This document shows, one piece after another, positions 18,753-27,969 of a stretch of 64,000 bases of DNA (position 1 is the stretch's first letter; each line of letters starts with the position of its first letter). The DNA lies in the NCBI GenBank assembly GCA_963706445.1, contig OY970160.1, positions 512,001 through 576,000 on the forward strand, given 5' to 3'. The notes beneath the pieces were generated by a model. That model saw nothing but the letters and a program-made list of their open reading frames with translations. It did no database searches and had not been told where the DNA came from. This stretch comes from an uncultured Nitrososphaerales archaeon (GTDB taxonomy: Archaea; Thermoproteota; Nitrososphaeria; Nitrososphaerales; Gagatemarchaeaceae). The position numbers were made by a program, and so were the translations under genes.

Positions 18753-19753
18753 GCAATCAGGCTATTGTGAAGGTCGAGGGCCTGACGAAGGTCTTCGGGC
18801 AACTCAAGGCAGTCGACGGAGTATCATTCGAAGTCGAGGAGGGGGAGATCTTCGGGTTCCTTGGGCCGAACGGCGCAGGGAAAACTACGACCATCAACAT
18901 GCTGACGACGCTTCTCACAGCTTCCGGGGGGCATGCTGAGATCGACGGCCTCGATATCCGCAAACATCCCACAGAAGTCAGGAGAGTCGTGGGCGTGGTG
19001 CCCCAGGAGTACACCGCCGACGAGGACCTCACCGGACTGCAGAACATAGTCCTGTGCGCAGACCTCTACGGCATTCCTCGGAGCAACTCTAAGCCGCACG
19101 CCATGGAGCTGTTGAAGCTGGTGGAACTGCAGGACGCCGCCAACAGGAAAGTCAGCACATACTCCGGCGGGATGAGGAGGAGGTTGGAGCTCGCATGCGG
19201 ACTCATCAACTACCCGAAGCTCCTGTTCCTCGACGAACCGACCCTCGGTCTTGACGTCCAGACCAGGACCGCAGTTTGGAACTACATCCGCATGCTCAAG
19301 GTAGAGTACAAGATGACGCTGTTCCTCACCACACACTATCTTGAAGAGGCTGATTCTCTCTGCGACCGCATAGCGATCATAGACCACGGCCACATCGTGA
19401 AGATCGGGACCCCGAACGAGCTGAAGGCTGCCGTTGGAGGGGATGTCATAGTGGTCGGAGTAACGGAATCTGGGCCTGACATCTCTGCCGACATCGCAAA
19501 GATCCCCCTAGTGAGGGAAGTGAAGAAAAGCGACCACGAGTACAGGATAAAATCCGAGGTCGGGGAGGAGTCCTCCATTCAGATAATCGACCTCGTGAGG
19601 TCCAAAGGCCTCCACGTGACTAAGATCTCTCTGACCAAACCGACCCTCGACGAGGCGTACCTCGAATTCACAGGGCGCAGCCTGAGGGAGGAGGAGACCA
19701 ACAAGATGGACATGTTCAAGCAGCGCGTGACGATGATGAGGGCACGTAGGTGA
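18749..19753 (+). CDS. ABC exporter ATP-binding subunit (DrrA-like)
   Basis: GPNGAGKT, YSGGM, LFLDEPT, TTHYLEEA. Confidence 0.93.
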   Translation: MSNQAIVKVEGLTKVFGQLKAVDGVSFEVEEGEIFGFLGPNGAGKTTTINMLTTLLTASGGHAEIDGLDIRKHPTEVRRVVGVVPQEYTADEDLTGLQNIVLCADLYGIPRSNSKPHAMELLKLVELQDAANRKVSTYSGGMRRRLELACGLINYPKLLFLDEPTLGLDVQTRTAVWNYIRMLKVEYKMTLFLTTHYLEEADSLCDRIAIIDHGHIVKIGTPNELKAAVGGDVIVVGVTESGPDISADIAKIPLVREVKKSDHEYRIKSEVGEESSIQIIDLVRSKGLHVTKISLTKPTLDEAYLEFTGRSLREEETNKMDMFKQRVTMMRARR

Positions 19754-19763
19754 GGGGCTGGAA

Positions 19764-20717
19764 TTGACAGAAGAAGTATCAAGGTCTACGGTCACGGCTC
19801 AGCAGCAGGCAATCGAGGAGCAGAAGGAGAGGGAGGAGGAGCGCGCCTTCAGGGCCGCCCCTACGCTCAACAAGAGCCCCTGGCACGGACTGTGGGCCCT
19901 TACTAACAGAGACCTGGTCAAATGGTACAAGAACCCAATTCAGCTAATCATCTCCCTTGTTCAGCCAATCGTATGGCTAGGGCTCTTCGGGAAGGCCTTC
20001 AACATCACGGGCCTGATTTCGGGGCAGGTGACCGCCGCTCAGCTGAGCGTCATAGATCTCGGCACCTTCGGCACGACCAGCTACTTTTCTTACCTTGCCG
20101 CTGGGATGCTGGCGTTCATCATACTTTTCACCGCCGCCTTCGCTGGCATGTCGGTCGTATGGGACAAGAGGTTCGGCTTCATGAACAAGGCGCTGAGTAC
20201 GCCGGTGGGCCGCGGTTCCATCGTCGTTGGAAAAATAGTCCAGAGCACCATCCGCTCGCTGATACAGGCTTCAATCGTGCTGGTGATTGCGGTTGTGTTA
20301 GGCATGGATATCACCAACTTCAGCCTCCTAAGCATCGGGGGCTCATTCGTCATCCTATTCCTCATGTCTTTCGGCCTTTCGTCTCTCTTCGTCATGCTTG
20401 CTCTCAGGTCGAGTGACTGGCAGACGCAGATGGCGATAATCAACCTGCTCAACCTACCTCTCCTATTTGCGAGTAATGCGATGCTCCCCGTAAAGATAAT
20501 GCCCGGCTGGCTACAGTCCGTCATTCATTACAACCCTGTCAGCTACGCCGTGGACGGAGTCAGACAGATGCTCCTCGGTGCTGGTTCAGCGGCTTCGTCG
20601 GCAGCGGGCTACACCACCCTTGCGCCACTCTGGGTCGACTTCGGCGTGCTAGCTGCGTTCGCGGTTCTACTTTCTGTCCTCGGGATAATCCTGTCTTGGA
20701 GACTTCTGACGAAGTAG
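19764..20717 (+). CDS. ABC-2 type permease (DrrB-like)
   Basis: About 6 TM, LVQP, MPGWLQ...NPVSYAVDGVR. Confidence 0.9.
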   Translation: MTEEVSRSTVTAQQQAIEEQKEREEERAFRAAPTLNKSPWHGLWALTNRDLVKWYKNPIQLIISLVQPIVWLGLFGKAFNITGLISGQVTAAQLSVIDLGTFGTTSYFSYLAAGMLAFIILFTAAFAGMSVVWDKRFGFMNKALSTPVGRGSIVVGKIVQSTIRSLIQASIVLVIAVVLGMDITNFSLLSIGGSFVILFLMSFGLSSLFVMLALRSSDWQTQMAIINLLNLPLLFASNAMLPVKIMPGWLQSVIHYNPVSYAVDGVRQMLLGAGSAASSAAGYTTLAPLWVDFGVLAAFAVLLSVLGIILSWRLLTK

Positions 20718-20730
20718 AAATGCCACGCGG

Positions 20731-21480
20731 CTAGACGAATATTATCTTCTTCAGCTTCTCTGCCATCGCAAGCGGGCTTGAGTTCTGCCAGACGTTTCGC
20801 CCCACCGCAAGCCCTGTGGCGCCGGCTTGGATTACCCCCTTCACTTGCGCGAGGAAGTCGTCGTCCGTGGGAGCCTTCGGTCCTCCGCTCATGAATACCC
20901 TTACCCCTGCAGCTGCCTTGACGGCCCAGGAGAAGCTTTCAGGGTCTCCGGTGTACTTGATTTTCACGGCGTCCGCCCCCAACTCAAGCCCTGTCCTGGC
21001 GGCATAGGAGACGATCTCCTTCGACGTGTCGTTCTGGACGGCCGCGCCTCTCGGGTAGATCCATGCGATGGCCGGAATTCCTCTCTTATGCGCCTGCTCC
21101 TGGATGGCCCCGAACTCTTTGAACATCTTGTCCTCGAATCCACTGCCGAGGTAGATGGTATACCCTACCCCTTTGGCACCGAGTGCAACCGCCTGCTCGA
21201 CGCTGCAAACCTGCCTCGAGATCGGCTCCCCCTTTGGTAGGCTTGTCTTGCCGTTGAGCTTCACGATCAGGGGCACCTTACCGTCGTAGAACCTCTCCGC
21301 GACCCCCTTCTGGAAAACGACCCCGTTGAACCCCCCCTTGGCGGCGGTTTCCATAATCATGGCCGGGTCTACGTTCTTTTCGTTGAAATCGGCCGAAGGA
21401 CCGTGCTCCAGCCCCTGGTCGTAGGCGAGGAGCATGCTCCTCCCGTTCTTCAAGAAGGGGGCCATGCGGTCCTGCTTCAT
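20731..21480 (-). CDS. Class I (DhnA-type) fructose-bisphosphate aldolase
   Basis: LAYDQGLEHGP, IVKLNG, WIYPRG, ELGADAVKIKY, SGG, GLAVGRNVWQ. Confidence 0.9.
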   Translation of the reverse strand: MKQDRMAPFLKNGRSMLLAYDQGLEHGPSADFNEKNVDPAMIMETAAKGGFNGVVFQKGVAERFYDGKVPLIVKLNGKTSLPKGEPISRQVCSVEQAVALGAKGVGYTIYLGSGFEDKMFKEFGAIQEQAHKRGIPAIAWIYPRGAAVQNDTSKEIVSYAARTGLELGADAVKIKYTGDPESFSWAVKAAAGVRVFMSGGPKAPTDDDFLAQVKGVIQAGATGLAVGRNVWQNSSPLAMAEKLKKIIFV

Positions 21481-21587
21481 GGCCCGAACCTTCCCCCACG
21501 GTATTTAACAGGTTTGTCCGGATTCTCCGTCTCAATGAACGGGCGTTCCATATGTCTAAAAAAGAGGCCGCCAAGGACTGAATTGAA

Positions 21588-22478
21588 GTGAAGCTTGACG
21601 AGTTCCTTAGGCTGAACGCCCCCGAGGAGCTTGCCGCCCTCACCCTCGCTATCGCGAAGTCCAGCATGACAGTCTGGGACAACATACCCTTCAAGTCCGG
21701 GCTCCTTTCGGAGAAGAATCCCTCGGGAGAGATTCAGAAGGCGATCGACGTGTTCTCCAACGACGAGTTCGTTGAAGCCCTGACTTCGACCGGCATGGCG
21801 GCCGAAGTTGCTTCGGAGGAGATGGACGAAGCAACCCCCGGGAAGGGAGAGGTCAGCGTCGCCATGGACCCCCTGGATGGGAGCTCCAACGTGGAGACCA
21901 ATAACCCTCTAGGGAGCATCTTCGGCTTCTACTCGAAGAAGTTGCCCACCTCCGGGAGGAACCTCTTGGGATCTCTCTACGTCACCTACGGGAACATGGT
22001 CACCCTGACGTTCTCCTTCGGTAAGGGAGTACACAGGTTCGTGGCGGTCAGAGAAGGCTCGAGCATGGGCTTCGAGCTCCTCAGTGTGAACCTCAGGCTC
22101 CCTGAGAAGCCCGAGGTCTACGGATTCGGCGGCGCAAGGACGGACTGGGTCCCCAAGGTGAGGGAGTTCGTGGACTCGCTGGAAGAAAGAGGGATGAGGA
22201 TTAGATACTGCGGGACCTTCGTCGGGGACTACAACCAAGTCCTCACGAGGGGAGGGATCTTTGCCTATCCGCAGCTGGTCAAGAAACCCAAAGGGAAGCT
22301 GAGGATTCTATACGAAACCGCCCCCATGGCCTTCTTGAACGAGCAGGCGGGCGGATACGGGACAGACGGAAGGGGGAACCTCCTCGATCTGGAACCAAAG
22401 GATTTGGCTGAGACCTCCCCGGCGTACATAGGGAGCTCTTCCATCGTCCACGAGCTCGAGGACCGACTGTCCAGCTAG
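21588..22478 (+). CDS. fbp: Class I fructose-1,6-bisphosphatase
   Basis: NPSGE.QKAID, SEE, DPLDGSSN, RYCG, GGIFAYP, KLRILYE. Confidence 0.9.
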   Translation: MKLDEFLRLNAPEELAALTLAIAKSSMTVWDNIPFKSGLLSEKNPSGEIQKAIDVFSNDEFVEALTSTGMAAEVASEEMDEATPGKGEVSVAMDPLDGSSNVETNNPLGSIFGFYSKKLPTSGRNLLGSLYVTYGNMVTLTFSFGKGVHRFVAVREGSSMGFELLSVNLRLPEKPEVYGFGGARTDWVPKVREFVDSLEERGMRIRYCGTFVGDYNQVLTRGGIFAYPQLVKKPKGKLRILYETAPMAFLNEQAGGYGTDGRGNLLDLEPKDLAETSPAYIGSSSIVHELEDRLSS

Positions 22479-22577
22479 GGCAAGGTTCAGCAAGCGGGCC
22501 TTTTTTCGCTTCTAGAAAACAGGAGGATGAGCGCCTTCGTTCCTTTCCGAGGGCGCCCCTGACTTGCGTGATGGTGT

Positions 22578-23840
22578 CTATGGGAATGTTCCGAGTGTCT
22601 TGACCGCGTCGGCGACCCTGCCCACCGCGACTATCATGGCCGCAGTTCTCATGTCGGTTCCGTGCTTGAGGCTGGCCTCGTGCACGTCCTTGAAGGCACC
22701 TGTGATCTTCTTGTGCAGCATGTCGTTGACTTCGGTCTCGGTCCACTGAATCCTTTCGAGGTTCTGGACCCACTCCAGGTAGCTCACTATCACGCCGCCT
22801 GAGTTGGCCAGGATGTCTGGGATTACGAAGACCTTGTTCTTGAAGAGGATCTTGTCCGCTTCGGGCGTTGTCGGCCCGTTGGCGCATTCGGTGATGATTT
22901 TCGCCTTGATTCCTCTCGCGATGTCTGGTAGGATTGTGTTCTCGAGTGCTGCTGGGCTGAGTATGTCGACGTCCATCTGGAGGAGTTCCTTGTCGGAGAT
23001 CGGCTGGCTTCCTGGGTAGCCGACGACCGAACCGGTCTTCTCCTTGAAGGCGATGAGCTTGTCAGCGTCGATGGGCGTCTTGCTCATTATCGCGCCCTTC
23101 GAGTCACTGGCTGCCATCATCTTGGCGCCATAGGTCTGGAGAATCTGCGCGTAGAAGGAGCCGGCGTTCCCGTACCCTTCCACTGCGAACGTGGCCTTCT
23201 TGAGGTCGACGTTGTTCGCCTTGGCAGCCTCCACAGTGCAGAACACTGCGCCCCTTCCTGTGGCCTTGTCTCTACCGAGAGAGCCGCCGAGGGATATGGG
23301 CTTCCCAGTGATAACACCAGGCGAGATGACTCCCGTCAGGGTGTTGTAGGTGTCCATGATCCAGGCCATGGTCTGGCCGTTGGTGTACACATCAGGCGCA
23401 GGTATGTCCTTGTAGGGTCCAATGATGGGCGTAATGGCCGCCGCATAGCGGCGAGTCATGCGCTCATTCTCGCCCATTGACATGTGCTTCGGGTCGCATA
23501 TGATGCCCCCCTTGGCACCGCCGTAGGGTATGTTGGCGACGCTAGTCTTCCAGGTCATCCAGGCTGATAGCGCTTTGACTTCGTCCAGCGTCACGCCGGG
23601 GTGATACCTGATCCCTCCCTTGAAAGGACCTCTGGCGTCGTTGTATTGCACTCTGTAGCCGGTGAAGACCTTGATCTCTCCGTTGTCCATCTTCACTGGG
23701 AGAGAGGCTGTGAGCTGTCTCTTTGGGTGTGCAAGAATTTGATGAATGCCTTCGTCTAGTTTCAGATACCCGGCAGCTATCCTCAGCTGCTCGGTTGCGT
23801 TCTCGAATGGGTTAGGTTTTGGTTGATCCATTTGTTTCAC
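22578..23840 (-). CDS. gdhA: Glutamate dehydrogenase
   Basis: GPFKGGIRYHP, PYGGAKGG, DIPAPDV, ITGKP, GYGNAG, PDILANSGGV. Confidence 0.95.
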   Translation of the reverse strand: MKQMDQPKPNPFENATEQLRIAAGYLKLDEGIHQILAHPKRQLTASLPVKMDNGEIKVFTGYRVQYNDARGPFKGGIRYHPGVTLDEVKALSAWMTWKTSVANIPYGGAKGGIICDPKHMSMGENERMTRRYAAAITPIIGPYKDIPAPDVYTNGQTMAWIMDTYNTLTGVISPGVITGKPISLGGSLGRDKATGRGAVFCTVEAAKANNVDLKKATFAVEGYGNAGSFYAQILQTYGAKMMAASDSKGAIMSKTPIDADKLIAFKEKTGSVVGYPGSQPISDKELLQMDVDILSPAALENTILPDIARGIKAKIITECANGPTTPEADKILFKNKVFVIPDILANSGGVIVSYLEWVQNLERIQWTETEVNDMLHKKITGAFKDVHEASLKHGTDMRTAAMIVAVGRVADAVKTLGTFP

Positions 23841-23903
23841 TTCGTATTTCTGAGCCGTGATATTCGCCCTAATAATATTGTATTTAATGAGCGGACTTGT
23901 TTC

Positions 23904-24569
23904 TCATTTCAGAGAACGAGCTAGCTCCCTGACCTTGGACTCCCAGTCCTGCGCTTTCACGACGCTGCTGGCCACAAGGACCCCCTCGGCCCCGAGTTCG
24001 ACTGCCCTTGAAACGTCCTCACCGGAGACGATTCCAGCCCCGCAGAGGACCTTCCCCCCGAATCCCGCCTTCCTAACCGCCGAAACGGTCCTCTGGATGA
24101 GCTCCGGCTTCGCCTTCGAGACTGCCACTCCCGTTCCTATTAGCTCCGGAGGCTCGATTGCCAGGTACCTCGGCCCCAGCGAAGAGAGTTCCACGGCCTC
24201 CATGGTCGTTTCGGCGCAAAGGCAGACCCCCATCCCCATGCCTAGGAGCCTAGGGACCAGTTTTCGGAGCTCGGCATGGGTCCTCTTGGACTCGCTGTGG
24301 TTCAGTATGGTCCCCGAGGCCCCAGCCGCCCTCACCGCTTCTGGCAGGATCGCGCCCGTAGTCATGTCTCCTGTCTTGCTCCCCAAGGTCTGGCTGTAGA
24401 CGATCGCCTTGGCCTTGGATGCCACAAGGGCGATCATGGGGGTCGGAGGGGCGACTATCGCCTCGACGTCAACGGTGTCGGCTACCCTCTTTACCGCAAG
24501 GGCGAGACGGACGGAGCCGTCGCCAAGGACTTCCGGGTAATTTTTGAAATTGACTATGATCGTTCTCAA
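23904..24569 (-). CDS. tpiA: Triosephosphate isomerase (archaeal type)
   Basis: VNFKNY, LNHSE, IEPPELIGTG, CGAGI, GVLVAS. Confidence 0.93.
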   Translation of the reverse strand: MRTIIVNFKNYPEVLGDGSVRLALAVKRVADTVDVEAIVAPPTPMIALVASKAKAIVYSQTLGSKTGDMTTGAILPEAVRAAGASGTILNHSESKRTHAELRKLVPRLLGMGMGVCLCAETTMEAVELSSLGPRYLAIEPPELIGTGVAVSKAKPELIQRTVSAVRKAGFGGKVLCGAGIVSGEDVSRAVELGAEGVLVASSVVKAQDWESKVRELARSLK

Positions 24570-24646
24570 ATGGCATGTGCACTGAGTCGGAACTCTATCT
24601 TAAAGGATGGCGTGGACGCTTGTCGCTCGCCTTGAGGATAGGTTAC

Positions 24647-24739
24647 CTAGGATCCGTCTTCGTCCGAGTCCTCTTCCCATCCGTCTTCGTCTAGGTCTTC
24701 ATCCAAGTCCTCGTCGAGCTCTTGGTCCTCTTCAGACAT
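24647..24739 (-). CDS. 30-aa hyperacidic peptide MSEEDQELDEDLDEDLDEDGWEEDSDEDGS
   Basis: ATG to TAG ORF below the ORF-track cutoff; TTTAATAG TATA box about 26-33 nt upstream. Confidence 0.5.
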   Translation of the reverse strand: MSEEDQELDEDLDEDLDEDGWEEDSDEDGS

Positions 24740-24821
24740 TCGGCCCCCGCGGATTTTGATTGCACTATTAAATGTCACGGTAAAAGGATTCTGTTAAGTT
24801 TGTTGCACGGTAAGGAAACTG

Positions 24822-24959
24822 TCAAGTCTTGAGCCTCTTCTTGATTTCCTGTTCCCATTCTTCTTGGGTGATGACCCCCTTCTTTTCGAGTAAGTCCACC
24901 AAAGCAGTGAGCATGGTGTCCAGAATGTCAACCTCTTCGTTCTTACTTCTTTTTGGCGT
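24822..24959 (-). CDS. Small passenger protein (TALVDLLEKKGVITQEEWEQ), canonical start missing or internal
   Basis: Open frame after the RHH gene; ACG at 24959 follows SD-like GGGGGAG; an internal ATG exists. Confidence 0.4.
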   Translation of the reverse strand, partial: TPKRSKNEEVDILDTMLTALVDLLEKKGVITQEEWEQEIKKRLKT

Positions 24960-25116
24960 TCTTGACTCCCCCTTTTGCTAAGTAGCCTTTCTCCGACAGC
25001 CACGCCGTCACTATGGTTCTTATCGTGTCCGAGTATCCGCGCCCCATTGTGTCTCCAAGGTCGTGGTCGATAATGTCCCAGATTTCGTCGGGTAATGCAA
25101 CCAAGGCCTTCCTCAT
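24943..25116 (-). CDS. CopG/ribbon-helix-helix protein (57 aa)
   Basis: MRKALVALPDEIWDIID...GRGYSDTIRTIV; ATGA overlap with transposase stop. Confidence 0.6.
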   Translation of the reverse strand: MRKALVALPDEIWDIIDHDLGDTMGRGYSDTIRTIVTAWLSEKGYLAKGGVKNAKKK

Positions 25117-26008
25117 TGTCGCACCACCTGCAAAGGCGCGACTGCTGTTCTCTCTCGCGGTTGTGTCTCCAAGGCTTCCGTCTGTATCGCGTTCTCGATA
25201 AGACTCTTCCAGCCCTTGACTTCTATCCCCGCTTTCTGTGCGGGAGTCTTCCCCTTCAAGGTCATGTGAGGCCTCGCAAAGTTGTAATTCACGACATATC
25301 CGTTCAGGATTGCTCTTGCCGAGTCCTGGTTCTTGAACCCGCGCATCGGGCGAGTCCTTTCCTTGACCGTCTCGTGAAGTCTCTCGACTATGTTATTTGT
25401 CTCACGGACACGGATTCCCACCCTCTTGACCAGCTCGACCTGTGCGACCCTGTAATGCGAAAAGAAGACCTTCCTGAAAGCCCTGTCATACTGCATCGAT
25501 CCGTCCACAAAAAGGGCTTGGGGTCGCTTGTTGGCTGTGTCGATTGCCTGTCGGAATACCGCTACCGTGTCTTTCAGGCTTCGGCTTTCGGAAAGGTGAG
25601 AAGCGACTAGGAACCTCGTGTCTTCGTCAATCATCTCCCAGAACCATTGGTCTTGACCCTCGCATCTAATGACTGTCTCGTCGTGGTGCCACTTCCCGCC
25701 TATTTGCGGGGAAAGCGTCTTGACATACTCGCTGACCATGCCGAATACTTCCTCACCCACTTCCAGACCGTGACTTGGCTCACCTTCTCGCCGTAGATGC
25801 TCTCTAGTTGGCGCGAGACCTTCCTTACTGAGAGACCTTCAAAATACATGGACATGGCTGTGACGATGGCGGTCTTGTTGACTCTCATGTTTGGAAGGTT
25901 GCCGTTGTCGAAGAACCGCTTTCCGCATGAGATGCACTTGACTAACTGCTTGCCCCTCATAGAACCCGCTGGCTTGACCGTTTCCGAGAGGCAGTATTTG
26001 CAAGGCAT
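25113..26008 (-). pseudogene. IS6-family DDE transposase, frameshifted near 25743
   Basis: Zn-ribbon plus HTH in 25700-26008; WHHDET, FVDGS, NNIVERL, YNFARPH in 25113-25760; one base missing at TAT TC^GGC ATG. Confidence 0.85.
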
Positions 26009-26077
26009 ATCCTAGGGATCCCATGGACCAGCCACTACTTAAGCCTATATCCATACGGATATCCCAAAGTAACACGC

Positions 26078-26745
26078 CTACTCAGAACCCCCAGAACGAT
26101 TCCATTCCGAAATGAAGAGACGTGAACTGTAAGGAATGACAGACAGAGGCGCATCTTCCATCGACACACCTATCGTGACATCTGAAAAACTAGCTGGAAT
26201 GCTGAAACCATTGGCAATGTCTATCGGAAGCCTTGCGAATTTTCCACCCTCGACGGCGAACGCTAATACAACGTGCCCCACTATTGTTGGATCGAAAGTC
26301 CCTTGCCTTTCAGTGAAATACTTCCGTCGTAGCCATTCTGAGAGTTCGTCTGGGTCGGCATTGACTTCTTCATCAGTCCTTAGGCGTATGGGTTCGTCGT
26401 GTTTCACCGTTCCAAGCCAACAGAGTGGTGCTCCGTCAAATTCTCCCTTATAGTGGATATGGGGGGTCGCTGACTTCGCTGTCGTCAGCCCTTCGTTTGA
26501 GAGCCGAGCAACAACCGCACCTACCTTCTTGTTGACCACTCTGAATGATGGGGTGGTTATCTCGAAGTTAATTAGCAGATTATAGGTCTTGACTATTTCG
26601 AAATGCGGTAAAGCCTTCTGTCTCTCCGCCCGTTCAATAAAAAACGCCTTCGTTCTCCATAGGCGACGACCGCTTCCAGCGAAAAGATTCCGACTAGCGT
26701 GATGGCGGAAATCAGGCCTATCCACTCGTCGGTAGTCAAATCCAA
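26078..26745 (-). CDS. Membrane-anchored passenger protein split at a T TTT TTA heptamer
   Basis: TTG 26745 opens a 50-aa ORF with a TM helix; the -1 frame at 26644-26638 continues to 26078. Confidence 0.5.
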
Positions 26746-26852
26746 GCGGCTGTCGGCAGATGAGACAGAAGCAGACTAATATCCTTTGGGATATCCATGA
26801 GACGAGCCGTGCAACAAGGTTAACAGTATCCGGTAAAAGTGCTCGCGCAGAA

Positions 26853-27449
26853 ATGCCGTCGAGGATTGTAGCCATCGGTCCCGGGTCCATAGCCAACGCA
26901 GCCGGGCTCGTACGCAAGGGCGGCCTGGTCGTCTACCCGACGGACACGGTCTACGGCCTCGGGTGCGACCCTTTCAACGAAGCGGCCGTCAGGAGGCTCT
27001 TCGAGGCGAAGGGGAGAGAATCGAAAGCAGTGTCTGTCTTGTGCGCGTCTCTGGCTAAAGCAGCTGAGCTTGCGGAACTGAGCCCAAGGGCCATGGAGCT
27101 GGCGCGGGCGCACTGGCCCGGGGCACTCACCATGGTGTGCCCGGCGAAGAGGGAGTTCCCAGGGCTGATTACTCAGGGCAGCCCCGACGTGGGGGTGAGG
27201 GTCCCCTCCCACCAGGACTGCATCGAGCTCCTTACCGCCTGCGGGGGGTGGCTGACAGGGACCAGCGCCAACAGGTCGGGGAGGCCCTCCGCCAGAGACG
27301 CCCAGGAAGCCATGAGGCGGATAGGTGAGTCGGTGGACCTGATACTCGACGGCGGCCATCTGACCGGAGCCGAGTCAACCGTCGTCCGGGTGTCGGGAAA
27401 CGAAGTCGTACTCTTAAGAACCGGTCCAGTCGGGGTCGGACAACAGTGA
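26853..27449 (+). CDS. sua5: Threonylcarbamoyl-AMP synthase (Sua5/YrdC)
   Basis: VYPTDTVYGLGC, AKGR, WPGALT, VGVRVP, TSANRSG, ESTVV. Confidence 0.92.
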   Translation: MPSRIVAIGPGSIANAAGLVRKGGLVVYPTDTVYGLGCDPFNEAAVRRLFEAKGRESKAVSVLCASLAKAAELAELSPRAMELARAHWPGALTMVCPAKREFPGLITQGSPDVGVRVPSHQDCIELLTACGGWLTGTSANRSGRPSARDAQEAMRRIGESVDLILDGGHLTGAESTVVRVSGNEVVLLRTGPVGVGQQ

Positions 27450-27969
27450 CGGGCAGACGAACCTCATAGTCACCTCAGCAAAGGGCCTGGAGGCGAGGGC
27501 CTCGGCCGAGTTCAAAGAGATAGCGCTTCAGGCAGGCATCCGGAAGCTCACCATCGACAGGTCGGCCTACGACGGCATCATCGAGGTAGGGGTGGAGGAC
27601 CCGAAGGCTCTCCTCTCTTTCATCACGGAGTTCGTCCGTTCTGAGCCGTTCAAGGTTCGGTTCATCCTGAGGATAATCCCCGTCGACCGCGTAGTCGACA
27701 CAAAGAAGCAGGACATTGTGAAGGCAGTCAAGGAGCTCTCGGAGGCCATCGGGCCAGGCGAGACCTTCAGGATTACGATCGAGGCAAGGGACTCGCCCTA
27801 TTCCGACAAGGACCTGATCGACGCACTCGCCGACGCCGTGGACAGGAAGGTCAGCCTGGACTCGCCCGACAAGGTGGTCCTGCTGGAGATATTCGGGGAA
27901 TACGCTGGGGTCTCAGTGATCTCCCCCCACGACATAGTGAGCATCCAGAAGTTGAAGCGGGCCACCTAG
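27446..27969 (+). CDS. THUMP-domain RNA-binding protein
   Basis: NLIVTS...RIIPVD...TFRITIE.R...VSLDSPDK; 5' part lacks an in-frame canonical start. Confidence 0.8.

Larger units (their letters stand above)
24786..26831 (-). mobile_element. IS6-like insertion sequence with passenger genes (about 2.05 kb)
   Basis: 25-bp IRs GGATTCTGTTAAGTTTGTTGCACGG (24786-24810) and GGATACTGTTAACCTTGTTGCACGG (reverse complement of 26807-26831), 22/25 identical; direct repeat CGGTAAAAG at 24778-24786 and 26831-26839; DDE transposase inside. Confidence 0.88.

Noticed and set aside
25735-25760. Programmed frameshift in the IS transposase
   Set aside because: No slippery heptamer or A-run at the junction; simple deletion or sequencing error is more likely
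26746-26917. 5' extensions of ORFs 26078-26917 and 26760-27449
   Set aside because: They cross the IS right end and overlap each other; better starts are TTG 26745 and ATG 26853
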